A stretch of DNA of 64,000 nt from Octopus bimaculoides. Taxonomy: Eukaryota. The DNA lies in assembly GCF_001194135.2 (NCBI RefSeq), contig NC_068999.1:24803255-24867254 (forward strand), in the 5' to 3' direction. A program made the translations under genes and the position numbers. Every line of letters starts with the position of its first letter. The first letter of the stretch is position 1. The notes beneath the pieces are model-generated. The model saw nothing but the letters and a program-made list of their open reading frames with translations. It made no database searches and had not been told where the DNA came from. Below are positions 24,465-38,241 of this stretch, piece after piece.

Positions 24465-25525
24465 GGTGCTTCCTTACCATAGTTTCATGCTCATATCCAT
24501 GAATTTGGACACAACAATCTCAGGTGGAATCTGCTGTAGTTCTTGAAGTAAAAGTTAATAAAGTAACTTGTAACTTGATTTATAATGTCACTGGTGCTTT
24601 GTCAGTTGCTCCTAAAAGAGATAGTTAAAACTTCATACTCTGCCTGCAGGTTGACATCAACTCTTTATTTCCTTTCATTATTGGTTTGAAGTGGTTTATG
24701 ATAATTTCTTTTCATAATTCATATAAAATCAATATCATATTGTATTACATATCATCTCAAAATATTGTTACAGTAATTAAAGTTTGACCATTTTGACCTG
24801 GTATCTTATAAGTTTGGTTCAGTCTTAAACAGCTCATGCAATGCCAGTAAATTCATTGCTGTTTTTCTATTGCTAAAAGTACTTAGAGAGAGTGATATAG
24901 TGTTTTCTTTATGACAGTATTTGAAAGGATTCATGTGTTTCTCTAGTTAGTTCTTAAATGAGTTCTCTGTTAAACCAACTTTGTAACAGTAAACTCATTT
25001 AAGAATTAACTATACTAGCACATGTACTCCTTCAAGCATGACCACAAAGACAGCATTACATCAGTCTCTGAGCACATTGTTATAGGATATTAAGCAAGAA
25101 AAAGAGTACTCAATGTTTGTGGGAGAGCATATTTATTATGTTAGGATTTAAAATATCACTTTTCTTACTTGAGTAATGAAATTGTGAGATTTTAAACATA
25201 CACACACATGCACACAGACATACACAATATATATGTTCATCTGTCAAAAATATTGATTTATACATCATTTTTGAAAATTCTACCCAGGTGAATGGCCTTG
25301 AAGCAAAATGGAATTAATGAAATAGGTTTATTAAATATCCACCCATATATACTCCACATGTAGAAATACACAAGTACAATTAAAAATACGTAAATATGTA
25401 AGTATATAATTCTTTGTTTCTTCTAAAGTAATGTTTTCAAATGTAGAATTAAAAAAAAAAACACATCCATCCATCCATCCATACATGCATACATACATAC
25501 ATACATACATACATACATACATACA

Positions 25526-25743
25526 TACGAGGGGGTGATTAAAAGTTCTTGGCTTCAAGGGTATCGCAAAAGCCTGGTTGGAGGCCCAGCTTTCCGAGTT
25601 CTTTTAGAGGGTTTAGAAAAACCGAAGGACCACTGCAATAAGTGTGTGAATCTGAGAGAGGAATATGTTGAATAAGATCAAAATTAACTGATCCTCCTGT
25701 ATTGTCTTTTACCCAAAGCGAGGAACTTTTCAGCACCCCTATA
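25526..25743 (+). mobile_element. Mariner-derived MITE inserted in a (TACA)n tract
   Basis: TA-CGAGGGGGTGATTAAAAGTTCTTGGCTT ... AAAGCGAGGAACTTTTCAGCACCCCT-ATA; the interior encodes ...KDHCNKCVNLREEYVE*. Confidence 0.9.
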
Positions 25744-25787
25744 CATGCATACATATATATGTATATATAAAAATGCATGTATGTATG

Positions 25788-25789
<2 letters not shown>

Positions 25790-25872
<83 letters not shown>
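25790..25872. repeat. (GA)n microsatellite
   Basis: About 40 uninterrupted GA units. Confidence 0.95.
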
Positions 25873-25874
<2 letters not shown>

Positions 25875-27937
25875 AGAGACATGGCAAAATACAGGATACC
25901 ATCAAGTCTGGAATCAAACTTAGTGTTCTCATATTCCAAACAAATCGGTCTTTAATCTCATAGCTTCTTGTCAGAAAAGATAGAAAATAAGAGATCTGAA
26001 TTTGCTTCACAAGTGTAAGTCGTCTTTACATATGTGTATGATTGTATGATTAGAAAATATAGACATGTATGTTATATAGACATATACTTGGTGATTTTTA
26101 CATTGACAAATTTGAAAAATGAGTGATTTTAATACATTAGAAACTGAGCATTATGTTATATTTGAAATTATATTTTTTATATACTTTTTATTGGTTCTGC
26201 TCTATAGATATTTGTTTAAAGTTATTTTCTCTGTTACAAAGTTGATGAGTGTGAGAGGAATTCTTTAAATGAATGCATTGATAAATTTTGATTTGTTTCA
26301 AGCAACACCTTTGTCAAGGTCAGATTCTATTGCTTTGGTAAAGAGTGAAATTAAAATTGTTAAATCAAACATTGCTTTACAAAGTTGGGAATATTTTGGC
26401 AAGAGTCAAATTTAGTTCTTTTATTCTTTCACAGGTATCAATGATTGAAATGTGACCATGCTGTGGCACTCTTTTTCATGTTGATATTAATATTTTGGAA
26501 ACTATTCATTAACTAAAATACATCTCCTAATTTCTAAAAGTATTCATTGTCATATTCTTAACTCCACCCCACCACCAAATAAACATGCTAAGCTTTCTTT
26601 TCTTTTTCCTATTTCCCAAGTTACCTGAAGATGTTGTATGTTGTTGCTAGCTAACTGAATAGCTGTAAACTATATTGAGACCTTGCTACTATTCGATGCT
26701 AGTGATGGTATTAGAACCATCAGTATTCCACTACTTTATCTGCAGTACTCACTAAACTCAGTAGGCATTCAAGTTGTTTCAATCATTAAAATACAGCACC
26801 AAGTATTAATCTATTGTTACCTTTTATTATTATAAGTTTTCATTGGGTTTCTTAACTGGAGTAGAGTATCTAGGAAAAGAAAGCATTTTGTTTTGTATGA
26901 ATGAATGCTAGAACATAGGTGAAGACTGCTATATCAATTAGTTCAAAATTTTCGGAACAAATGTCAAAGTTGGTAAAATATAGAACTAATTATTTTTATT
27001 TATGATATGATAAATACTATTTCAGAGTGTTTTATTGAGAAAATATGTTATTATTTATTCTAATATAGCATTTTATTATCATTTTGTAAGCAATTGTATC
27101 AAGACTGTCTCACAACTTTTAAAATTAAATATGTAGAATACCATCCGCAGTAAGTTCACTAGCAGAAATGAGTTTTATAATAGTTATCTGATGAAATGTC
27201 CTTTAGAATTATATCATTTTATGTTTATATATCAAAGATAGAAGTAACTGTTGTTAAATATTTTATGAGGTGAGTTACCATCAACACTTCAAATGTTACT
27301 GAATAGGAACAATGGAAAAGTATTATATGAAATTTCTACATTTGAGATAGATACTCAAGACTTCTTTTGACACTCAAAGAATTTTATCTCTCTAATGATT
27401 TATCTGGTTTTCAATGTAATTCTTGATAACAATTACATTTCACTAACGCATATGAAACATTGGAAAAAAAAATTCAAAGCTGAAATAAAACTTGTAGAAA
27501 ATTACTAAGGCAGCCTAGAGTAAAATATTAATAAGGATCTGGATAAAACAGTAAATACTTTTGTTAATTTCATAAATATTTTACAGATGAATGATATTTT
27601 TTAAAATGAAATATTACTTTCTTTGTTTCAATAGTAATGTCTCCATTTTAGTATCATGAAATTATAATTGAAAAGACTTATTAAGATAGAATTCTGAAAA
27701 ATATAAGAAATGCAGACGCTGAAATGCAGCTATAGAAGAGAGTACCAATTAGCTATTAGCTACCCCCAATTTTGTACTGAAAAGCCTTCAGTATGTGGGC
27801 AATGTAAGCTAACCAGAAGATTGGTGTTATTTGCTTCTACCAGCACAAACACTTTGATCAGAATAAAAATGGACATTCGGTATAGTGCAACAATGCGATT
27901 ACTGCCTGTGTCTGTATGTGTACATACATATGTGTCA

Positions 27938-27939
<2 letters not shown>

Positions 27940-27977
<38 letters not shown>

Positions 27978-27987
27978 NNNNNNNNNN

Positions 27988-28024
<37 letters not shown>

Positions 28025-28250
28025 CCAGCATGGAAGGCGGATGTTAAACAATAATGATGATGATGATCACACACACACATACATACATATACGTATATGC
28101 ATGCGCACGAGCACACACACACACAAACACACACACACATACACATTCTGATACACATGCATGCACTCATGATGTTGGGCAGTTAAACTGAGGCTGTTTG
28201 TAGTAAGAAGTTTGTGATAAGAAGTATGTATATGTATATATATAAGTTTG

Positions 28251-28290
<40 letters not shown>

Positions 28291-28322
28291 CATACATACA
28301 TATATACATGCAACATATACAT

Positions 28323-28360
<38 letters not shown>

Positions 28361-28460
28361 GAATATATTTATATATACATGTATCTATACACACACACAC
28401 ATGTATGTACATATATATATGCATCTGTATAGGTGTGTGTGTGTATCTGCAATTATATGT
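27940..28460. repeat. Compound (TA)n/(CA)n/(TACA)n microsatellite field
   Basis: Direct inspection; source of the spurious YIYI and HTHT ORFs. Confidence 0.9.
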
Positions 28461-28726
28461 ATGCAATAATTATCACAACATGTCAAAATAATTACATAAA
28501 CAGTTCTTGATCATTTAATACACTTCAAAAGTCGTTAACCAAATCATAGCAAGTAGTAGGTAGACTCAACCAATTTAGTCATATCAGTACATTAATTTTA
28601 CTAGTACAATTGATAATTAATGCCAGGAATGATAAAATGTAACAAACAATTTTACACATATAAATTCTTCTTTAATCAGTCATAAAATGATTACCATGCA
28701 CAAGGGTAGGTTCATAAACAATAATA

Positions 28727-28930
28727 CTGGTTTCAAATTTTGGCACAAGGCCAGCATTTTCAGGGAGGGGATAAGTCAGTTACATCAACCCCCAGTGTTC
28801 ATCTGGTACTTATTTAATCGACCCCAAAGGGATGAAAGGTAAAGTCAACCTCGGCAGAATTTGAACTCAGAACATAAAGACAGACAAAATGCTTAGCATG
28901 CTTATGATTCTGACAGCTTGCTGCCTTATA
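28727..28930 (-). mobile_element. SINE family B with target-site duplication
   Basis: 13-bp direct repeat ATAAACAATAATA at 28714-28726 and 28931-28943 flanks the body. Confidence 0.9.
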
Positions 28931-30533
28931 ATAAACAATAATATTAGAAGGATGGAAATGGTTACTGACAGAGTTAAAGCTGACTCACAAAATAAAATAA
29001 ACTGTTAAAAGAAGGAGGGAAAAAAGAAAACGTAATTTCACCGAATAATAAGATCATTTTTTTAGAGAAAATATTCAACTGAATTTATCCAATTTATTGG
29101 TGACATTTTGAAATTGTCACTGAAAGAATGAAATAAAAACAAAAATCACATCTAGTTTGACTGGAAATTATAATAGGGATATATTGAACATTAAAGTTCA
29201 ACTCGCTACTGCTTGTGGCAAAATCTTTGCCTTCAAACAACAGCAACAACAACAACAACAACAACAAAAACAATTATAATCATAAAACTTTCAGTTCATC
29301 AAAATATACACAATTGTAAGAAAGGCAAATGTTTATTACTTTTATTTCATGTTTTTATAGAATCTATCATCTGAAATTTATTTCTGTACAAATCTATTTA
29401 TTAAATGTTATGGTGTTCTGAGTATTATTTCATATTTTCTTTTTATCAAACATTTACATATTGGGATAAAAAAAACAACAAAAAACAAAAACAAAACAGT
29501 GTTGAGAAGTTTTCTTGATCAATTCTGCAGTACAGTAACAATAGAATTACTTCCCCTACACCAAATGTACATTCTTCAACTATAAATTAGATTGTTCCAA
29601 AAATAACAACATCAAGTTATGTATGTAGAGAAACTATTGCCTTTTAAGGCAAGCTTTTGAACATTTTCAGTTGGTTTTTAACAGATATTATTATTTAGGG
29701 AGTACACAAGTGAAAATTTTGGACAAGAAAGATAATTATCAAATATATTAGCTGTGTTAACTTGATGACAATTCAAAAATGAAATGTGTTATGTGAAAAA
29801 TAAATATATAAATATATTTATTTATATATTTTATCTTGGTTTAATTTCCCCCTACATTTTAGATTTTATTGTCAAGCAATACCTGCTGACTTTGTATCCA
29901 CCAATGAACATAACCCTCCTTTGATGATCACATAAACACAACAGACATATATAGCAGCATACACATGTGTTAGAGGCATAAAAGCACAAACAATATCATA
30001 TATTCACACACACACACACACACACAAATACTCATACACAGATGTAGTTAGGTTATTTTTATACTTCCATTGCTTTGTTTGTTTTGGAGAATCCAAAAGG
30101 CAAGAAAACTATTTACTTCAGAATTACTAAAAAAAAAAAGAAAAAAAGAAAAGAAAAGATAGAAATAGAAAATTAAAACATAAATTTTATAATTTGTTTG
30201 AATTCATTCTGCCAGTGGCAGTTTTATACTTTCTGTTTAGCTATCTTACAGTGAACATTGAAAATCTTACAATTATTTTAGTAGAAAAACAGATCTTTTA
30301 TTTCTGTGAAAGATGGATGATTTTTGAGTATTATTGAATATGTTGTAAATGTTATTTTCTCAACACAGGCACAGTGCCCTAGATACAAATATGATTTTAG
30401 GAACAATATTATGAATGTAAGTAAAGCAAAAGGCTACAACTAGGAATGGAAACCCATGTTCTGTGTTAGGCTAACTCTACTGGTTGGTGTTTATTACATG
30501 TGCCCATCATTGCAAAAAGTGCATATTTAATAT

Positions 30534-30761
30534 TTAATCCTTTAGCATTCAAACAGGCCTTATCTGACCAAAATATTCTGAATTTTTTATGTTAAAACTG
30601 GTCAGATCCAAGCTCTCATGCCTATCCAACAATGTCATTGTAAAAATAAACAATCACACCATTGAAATCTTGAGGCTATGAGATAATTCATGATTAATAC
30701 AAAATGATGTGAATAAATAAGCATTACATTTGATAGAGTAATTTGCATGCTAAAGGGTTAA
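30534..30761. mobile_element. piggyBac-type MITE
   Basis: TTAA-TCCTTTAGCATTC ... GCATGCTAAAGGG-TTAA; TTAA target duplication. Confidence 0.85.
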
Positions 30762-33700
30762 ATACTCTAGCAGTGTTTATCTTTTTAGTTGTTTCAGTGG
30801 ATTGTGACAATGTTGGGCTTTAATCAGTTTTAACCCAGTTGCTGATAGACCAATTCATAGATTAATTCATTAAAACAATGAACTTATTTCTCACATCTTT
30901 CTCCCCATATTTCTCTCTCTCTCTTCTAATCTTGTTTTCTTTTTTTTTTTTATGTATACAAACATTTAGAACTAGAATGATGGCATTTCCAATTTATTGA
31001 TAATTAAACAAGTAGAAATATTCCCAGAAAAATATAAAACTAATAATGTTGGAAATCTGGACAAGTTAAATATACAGGGAAAAGAAATCATTAGAGCTGC
31101 CTGCTAATAATGTCAACAAGTCACATACAAAACTGATTTCTAAATGAAATTCCATATAGAAATTTTGAGGTAAATACCTTTGCATCTGCGTGTGTGTGTG
31201 TGTGTTTATGAATAAAACAACAATTTTTTAAAAATCTTAAATGCTCAATTAAATATATGTCAGCTTACCTCACAACTTTCTATGACTCAAAATTTACTTT
31301 TATAGATTTGGGAACATCAAATAGTTTATGCATTTTCTTTTTAGGAATAAGAAGTCAGAAAAGAAATTGGTTGTCCAATGTCTTGACTCTAACAAGTAAT
31401 TTACTTCATCTTAATAGTAGATTTATTAGCTTTTTGTCTTTCAGTTTTATGAAAAAAATATCATTTCTGGCTCTGTAAAGTTCTGATTAAAAATTATCAA
31501 TACAAACTGGTAAAAAAAGAAATATGTATATACATATATTGATAAAACTGAGTTTGAGAAATATGGTGGTACTCTGTGTCAGCCAATATTTAAAGTGAAG
31601 TAAATGAATTTGGATAAGTTCATATACCATAGGAGGAAGAGGAATTAGGTAATATATATTATATTGGATTAATCATATCACTGTGATTAAATGCTGGCTG
31701 AGAAAATAGTTTCTGCTTGTAGAAGATATTCCTTAAACTTGTTATATTTGACATGTTTTGGTGCCTTTACAGGTGGCCGTTCTGTTGTAAGTAGTAGGAC
31801 TTGATCTCTTATCTAAGGAGAGCTTTCTCTCTTCTTCTTACTAGTCATGGATGTCTTGGGTTATAACTATCACCTCTCCTCTGACTAAGCAATAACAATG
31901 AAATGAATAAATAAAATAAAAGTTATGTATATCTCTTTAAATTTAATATGTTGCTGACAAACATTAACTTAGTATTAAAAAAATTTTTATGAATTCCTTT
32001 CCTCACTATTTATGAAATTCTTATTTTTATTCACGTTATATTGAAAAGAAAAGCTATTTGCAAATTGTGTGAATATGCACAGAAAAATTTGTGAGGCTAC
32101 AATATCAGAAGCACAAAACTTTTATTTATATATAAATGCATATCAATTTGAATGAGTAAAATAAGCAATTATGTTCTCATTTTCAAAAGAACTCATTGTT
32201 TATTTAAAATTTTTATCATGGAAAGAAAAAGTAAGTAAAAATGAGTGATGTTGTTAATCCTTGATATATTAGATGAAAATCTAGCTGATAATCTATACTA
32301 ATGTATGATCATAGTTGATTTCATAAACATTTTAATGGTGATATTAATGTCTGGAGTTAAAATATGCTTTAGTATAGACTGTTGGAAGTTCAAAGTTCCA
32401 AACTGAATCACCTGAGAACACTATTTATTGCATATCTAAAAAGAATGGCATCCCATGGGAAGCAAAGTATACTGCCAAGTTTGTATGCTTTCCAAATTCT
32501 TATGACTCATAAGGCTTGCATAAGTGTCCAGCTTTTGTATCATAAAGTAAATGAAAAACAAACTTTTTCTCAGATTATCTACCATGGGTAAAATAATCTG
32601 TTTTAAATGTTACAGTATCTAAGCTATAAGTCTGGAACCTCATTCACTCTATACTTCCATACTATCAAAAAGTTTATAGCAATGATTTTGTTGTAAAGCT
32701 TTCTAAAAATGAAATTTGTTGTTATTTGGTTAATGTTTTCTCTAAGAATTGGAATTTATGATTTATAGTTTTGTATAAATATAGGTAATGATATGAATTT
32801 GTAACTTGTAAAGGGAAATACAGGTAACAATTGAGGACATACTGACAACTTTTTGGCTGTACTGTGAGATCACAGATGAGACCTACCATCTAGAAGAGAG
32901 ACACACAGAATACAGTGTGGCTGTAGAGACCACAGTGCTGACAAACAGGTTGAAATGGGGGTATACAGTATAAATAGTTAATCCAAAGAGAGGATAAACT
33001 GAGTTTAGGATGGACATATAAATAACAGTAGAAACATATAAAGTATAAAGTAAACATACAAAAAACCCCAATGTGGAAATATAGACCAAAATAGATATAA
33101 ATATAGATTATACAATTTGATCACAAAGACCATATTCACAATATGCAACTGAAAATGTAACACTGTACAACACAATGCAGAAATACTGAACACAGTAGAA
33201 TGCTGTGTATGCATATAGAATATATGATGGATCTATTGGTCAAGTTTTAAACATAGAGACTGCAATATGGAAATATAGATCTCAGTATAAACATATGTAT
33301 GAAATTTGTGTATATTCACAAAATACTCTCACTTTCTCACAAACACACATATGCATGTATGTGTGCACATGACACACACACGCATAGTGTACCACATTAT
33401 AAGCACAAAATTTATATACATATAAGAAAACATAAGAGTGCTCAAAGAAATTAATTAGGAAGTGTACAGTATATAAGCTGTTTTCTCACATAAATATATA
33501 TATGTACATTTTTATGCATGTATACATGCATGTGTATGTATGGGCATGTATATATATATATATATNNNNNNNNNNNNNNNNNNNNNNNNNNNNNNNNNNN
33601 NNNNNNNNNNNNNNNNNNNNNNNNNNNNNNNNNNNNNNNNNNNNNNNNNNNNNNNNNNNNNNNNNNNNNNNNNNNNNNNNNNNNNNNNNNNNNNNNNNNN

Positions 33701-34256
33701 NNNNNNNNNNNNNNNNNNNNNNNNNNNNNNNNNNNNNNNNNNNNNNNNNNNNNNNNNNNNNNNNNNNNNNNNNNNNNNNNNNNNNNNNNNNNNNNNNNNN
33801 NNNNNNNNNNNNNNNNNNNNNNNNNNNNNNNNNNNNNNNNNNNNNNNNNNNNNNNNNNNNNNNNNNNNNNNNNNNNNNNNNNNNNNNNNNNNNNNNNNNN
33901 NNNNNNNNNNNNNNNNNNNNNNNNNNNNNNNNNNNNNNNNNNNNNNNNNNNNNNNNNNNNNNNNNNNNNNNNNNNNNNNNNNNNNNNNNNNNNNNNNNNN
34001 NNNNNNNNNNNNNNNNNNNNNNNNNNNNNNNNNNNNNNNNNNNNNNNNNNNNNNNNNNNNNNNNNNNNNNNNNNNNNNNNNNNNNNNNNNNNNNNNNNNN
34101 NNNNNNNNNNNNNNNNNNNNNNNNNNNNNNNNNNNNNNNNNNNNNNNNNNNNNNNNNNNNNNNNNNNNNNNNNNNNNNNNNNNNNNNNNNNNNNNNNNNN
34201 NNNNNNNNNNNNNNNNNNNNNNNNNNNNNNNNNNNNNNNNNNNNNNNNNNNNNNNN

Positions 34257-34305
<49 letters not shown>

Positions 34306-34589
34306 GTATATATGTATACATATATGTATATACATGCACACATATATATATTGTTTCTAATTTAGGCAGGAAGCCAGCAATTGTGAGGGGAGGGGTTGGT
34401 TGATTATCATCAACCCCAGTACTTAACCAGCACTTTATTCTATCCACTTCAGAAAGATGAAAGGCAAAGATGGCTTCCATGGTATTTAAACTCAGATTGT
34501 AAAGGGCCAGAAGTAATATTGCAAATTATTTCTCTGATGGCTAATGATTCTGCACAGATACTATATATATAAATATATATATATATAAC

Positions 34590-34905
34590 AAAACAGGAAA
34601 ATGGAAATTTTTGGGCATTATTTATTCTCTATTACACAAGTTTCATTTGCTATTTGGAATTACAGCGTTTTATTTATATGTCATATAGGCATGTAAGAAA
34701 TTTCCTATTAGAAATTCTTCAAACAGAGAGAAAAAAATTTTTATAATATCAAAATATAATTTTTTTCCTCTGTCTGACGAATTTCTTAGAGGAACTTCCT
34801 TACATGTCTATATGACATGTAAAACACTGTAATTTCTATTAGCAAATGAAACATGTGGAATGGAAAATAAATAATACCCCAAAATTTCTAAGTTCCAGTT
34901 TTGTC
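34590..34905. mobile_element. Fold-back (long-TIR) MITE
   Basis: Arms at about 34602-34740 and 34757-34890 are diverged reverse complements; outer part shared with 61013-61157. Confidence 0.8.
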
Positions 34906-37776
34906 ATACAATAACTCTGCAAGTAATATTTCCATAATCCTGGATTTTAATATGCATTTTGAACTAACATATGGCAGCAACTGTGGCTACATAGTGATTG
35001 TAATAATGGAATAAACAGATGTGCTTCAAGAGGAAACATCTGGGAGTTACCCAAGCTACCTACCTATATATATATATAGAGGTTAAAAAAGCCACCTTAA
35101 GGGATAGAAAATATCCAATGAATTACTGGTTTGTAACCTATTATTTTGCTGTGAACAGTAATATTCCTAAAATGATAGGTTTAAATATAAATCTTGGTTT
35201 ATAAATATTCAAATTAAAATCCAGAAAATGGAGAAAATTATATTAATGCTACTTCTCCATTTTCTGGATTTTAATTTGAACATATATATATGCATATTAT
35301 GTATATAATATATATATATATTATATATATATTATATATATATATATATATATACATATATATATTATACATACATATATATAATATGTATATGTATATA
35401 TGAAATATGTATACACACATACATATATATATGAATGCTTGTATATGTTTTGACGAGAAGTAACAAAACAGTTCAGTCATTCAAGGCCTTTTTTTTTTTA
35501 CCTTTCTTAGTTCAAGAATAAAGTGCTATTGAATGTTTAAGGATCTATATTCTTGGTAATCCAAGATTAAAATAATTATCTTCTTTTCTCTTTTTCATTT
35601 CAAATTACATTTAAAAAAAAAATTATAAGAATACATTGTATTGGCACCAAACTATGGATGGCTTGGGTAATGAAAACATTCTATTAAATGTTTTGAAAAC
35701 ATTCCTAAAGATGTTTATAGAAAGCAATGAGATTTTCTTCTTGTTCTTTATATTTTAAAACAGCTGAGCTGTAGGCAAGAACAATGTTGAAAGCCTATTG
35801 ACTAATAAGTGAAATTTGTCAAAATTGTTCAAAAGTATTTGATTGATGAAGTGTTACATTCAGTTATAAACAGATCCATTGTTACAGACTCAATAAGCTT
35901 GTATTGTAGTAAAAAATATATTACAGTGTGTTACTATATAAATTATGCTTCTGTGAAAATGTTTACTGTATTGAATACAAGTTTTATTTTGTCAATAATT
36001 AACTCTAGCTACATGTCATTAAATTTTCATCTGAATAAAATAAATATATTTTCTCCATTTCTAGGTCAATGAAGAAAGACATGTAGAATTAAGTGTCCTA
36101 TTCAGAAACAGATAAAAGAAGCTTGAAGCAGATTAGAACTGAAGACTCTGGAATTGTAGTTCACGTTATCTACTCAGCCATTTGCTGTTTGCTTCTATAG
36201 AATGTATATCTTTTTGTGTGTGATCTACATTTTTGTATTATTTCTGGTATAAAAATTGAGCGATTTTTCTATATTATGGCAATACTTGTCACCTGAGAAG
36301 ATCGGTAGTATTGGAGGGAAATGAATGGATTGAGAAAGGTTAACAACAGTGAAGTTGAATAACTGGTGTGAGCAAATAAGTAGAATGGGAGTTTGACTAA
36401 TGTAGTAAAACAATATTGTGGTACAGAACAGAACTTTGATTGTAATGAATAAATGTAAAGTGACTGGGAAAACTGTGTTTGCTTTCCCTTAATAAACAGT
36501 ATTACTAATAAAGAATGTTAGCATTTAATTATACATATGATCTATGCATGATATCTGTTTTTATTATTATGTTTACATCTAGTATCAGAGTAATCCTAGA
36601 TGGAGAAAGTTTGATGTCATGAAAACTAGGCTGAGCTCTATTACACCACAATTCTTTTCAGTAACCAGTGGAGAAGAAAAAGTTAGAAAAGTCATGTGTG
36701 GTAGCTTCAATATTATCATTTTGAGTTAGCTGTAATATTTGTGTTAGACATCAGCTATTAGTTCTTGTGTACATGACTAGGGAACTCATAGCATATGTTA
36801 GAAAGGTTTGCATAGACAATTATAATATGATGAAATGATACATATCTCATGAATGATTTGCATCCCAATAACACCAGAGGTAATGGTATAAGTATAGCTT
36901 TAGTGCTTTGCAGACATATGGGATGGAGCATCTCAGTAGTGATGGCAGGGAAATTTCAGCAACTGTCTTAGGTAAAGTAACAAATAAATGCTAATAAAAC
37001 CTCTGTTAATATTGTAGTTTTCTGAAACTTACTAGGTGTTAGCCTTTATAAATTAAGGAATTAAAGAATTATTTAATGACTGCATCATTAACAGAATAGT
37101 TTCTAAATATAAATGATAATTCATAGCATCTTTCTGTCAACTGATTTTCAGTGCCTTTTGATCCCTTAAGAATTCCAGCAACTGAAAGGAGACTGATATC
37201 TTTGATTATTTAAATCTGATAGAGAGAAAAAAATAATAAAATTATAGAGAAATCCTGTTGTGTGTAATTGCATGAAGATTAATATATGTAATTTTTGGAA
37301 ATGTGTGTATTAAGTCAGAATGAAACAAAAAGAATGAGAAAATCAAAAACAAACATATGTATTGCAAAGTTCCAGTTATAAGAAAGCTATTGGCACCCAA
37401 AAAGGAGTGGAATGAGAAACAATGAGATAATGGTATACTTGGATAGGGTTTTATGGTTAAAGTATAACAAGATGCCAGTAGTACGTTGCAGGTATACCAG
37501 TTGATAAATAGACTTGTTACTAGTCAGGTTGAGGCACTGTGTGTCTCAATAGGAGTTAAATGGGCCAGAATTTACCTGTTTTTGCTCTCTTTTCTGACAT
37601 CTTTTGTTGTCACAGAAGCTTACACTACATGGTACTAAATTAGAAACAGTTGGAATGGATGCGTTTTGAACACTTGCAATGCTATTGTTAGAATAGCAAA
37701 CCAGGTGCAAAGTTGATAGATCCTTGATAATCTTGTTTATGAGAGTAATTTTTTTTTAATTAATGATTTTTTTTTT

Positions 37777-38004
37777 TCAGTCCAAAAGTAAGCTAAAAGT
37801 AGTTTGATAGGATCCTTCTCTGAAGTTGGAAGCCCACACCGAACATGTAACTGTCACAGCCATTGATCTTTTGATTCCTTTGAACATGATGAAAACCAGA
37901 GGGGACAAGTAATTTTCCTGTCCATGGTATGGAAAGTAATAAAGAGGGAAACCAGCCATAGGTTTATAAATCACTTCACCCATATTGTCTTGATCCACTT
38001 GGGT
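37777..38004 (-). CDS. ATP1B: Na+/K+-ATPase beta-subunit family terminal coding exon
   Basis: ctttattttag|ACC; TQVDQDNMGEVIYKPMAGFPLYYFPYHGQENYLSPLVFIMFKGIKRSMAVTVTCSVWASNFREGSYQTTFSLLLD*, with hallmark GFP.YYFPY...YLSPLV and C..WA.N motifs. Confidence 0.93.
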   Translation of the reverse strand, partial: TQVDQDNMGEVIYKPMAGFPLYYFPYHGQENYLSPLVFIMFKGIKRSMAVTVTCSVWASNFREGSYQTTFSLLLD

Positions 38005-38241
38005 CTAAAATAAAGATAAAACAACCCAAATGAAGTATAATTTCAGAAAATAAACAAACATTTAAATAGTTATTATATACATGCAACCATACCTAGTCAT
38101 GATGTAAAGAGTGTTTAAGTTTAAAATCCAAGCATTTGACTGAGGAACCTGATGTACAGTTTGGAATATCTTTAGTAGTCTCTCATCTCATCTTGTTATA
38201 TATGCTGTTCCATGCTCTTTGAGTTAGGCCTAAACTTCAAT

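Noticed and set aside
27760-28469. ORFs of YIYI, CVCV, HTHT and MYVC repeats (also 25684-26010, 46024-46253, 57515-57900)
   Set aside because: Microsatellite translations with no coding signal.
33451-34480. Long ORFs of 280-320 aa in the ORF track (likewise 2872-3402, 22724-23272, 39791-40476, 49443-50360)
   Set aside because: They consist of N-gap X residues and dinucleotide-repeat translations.
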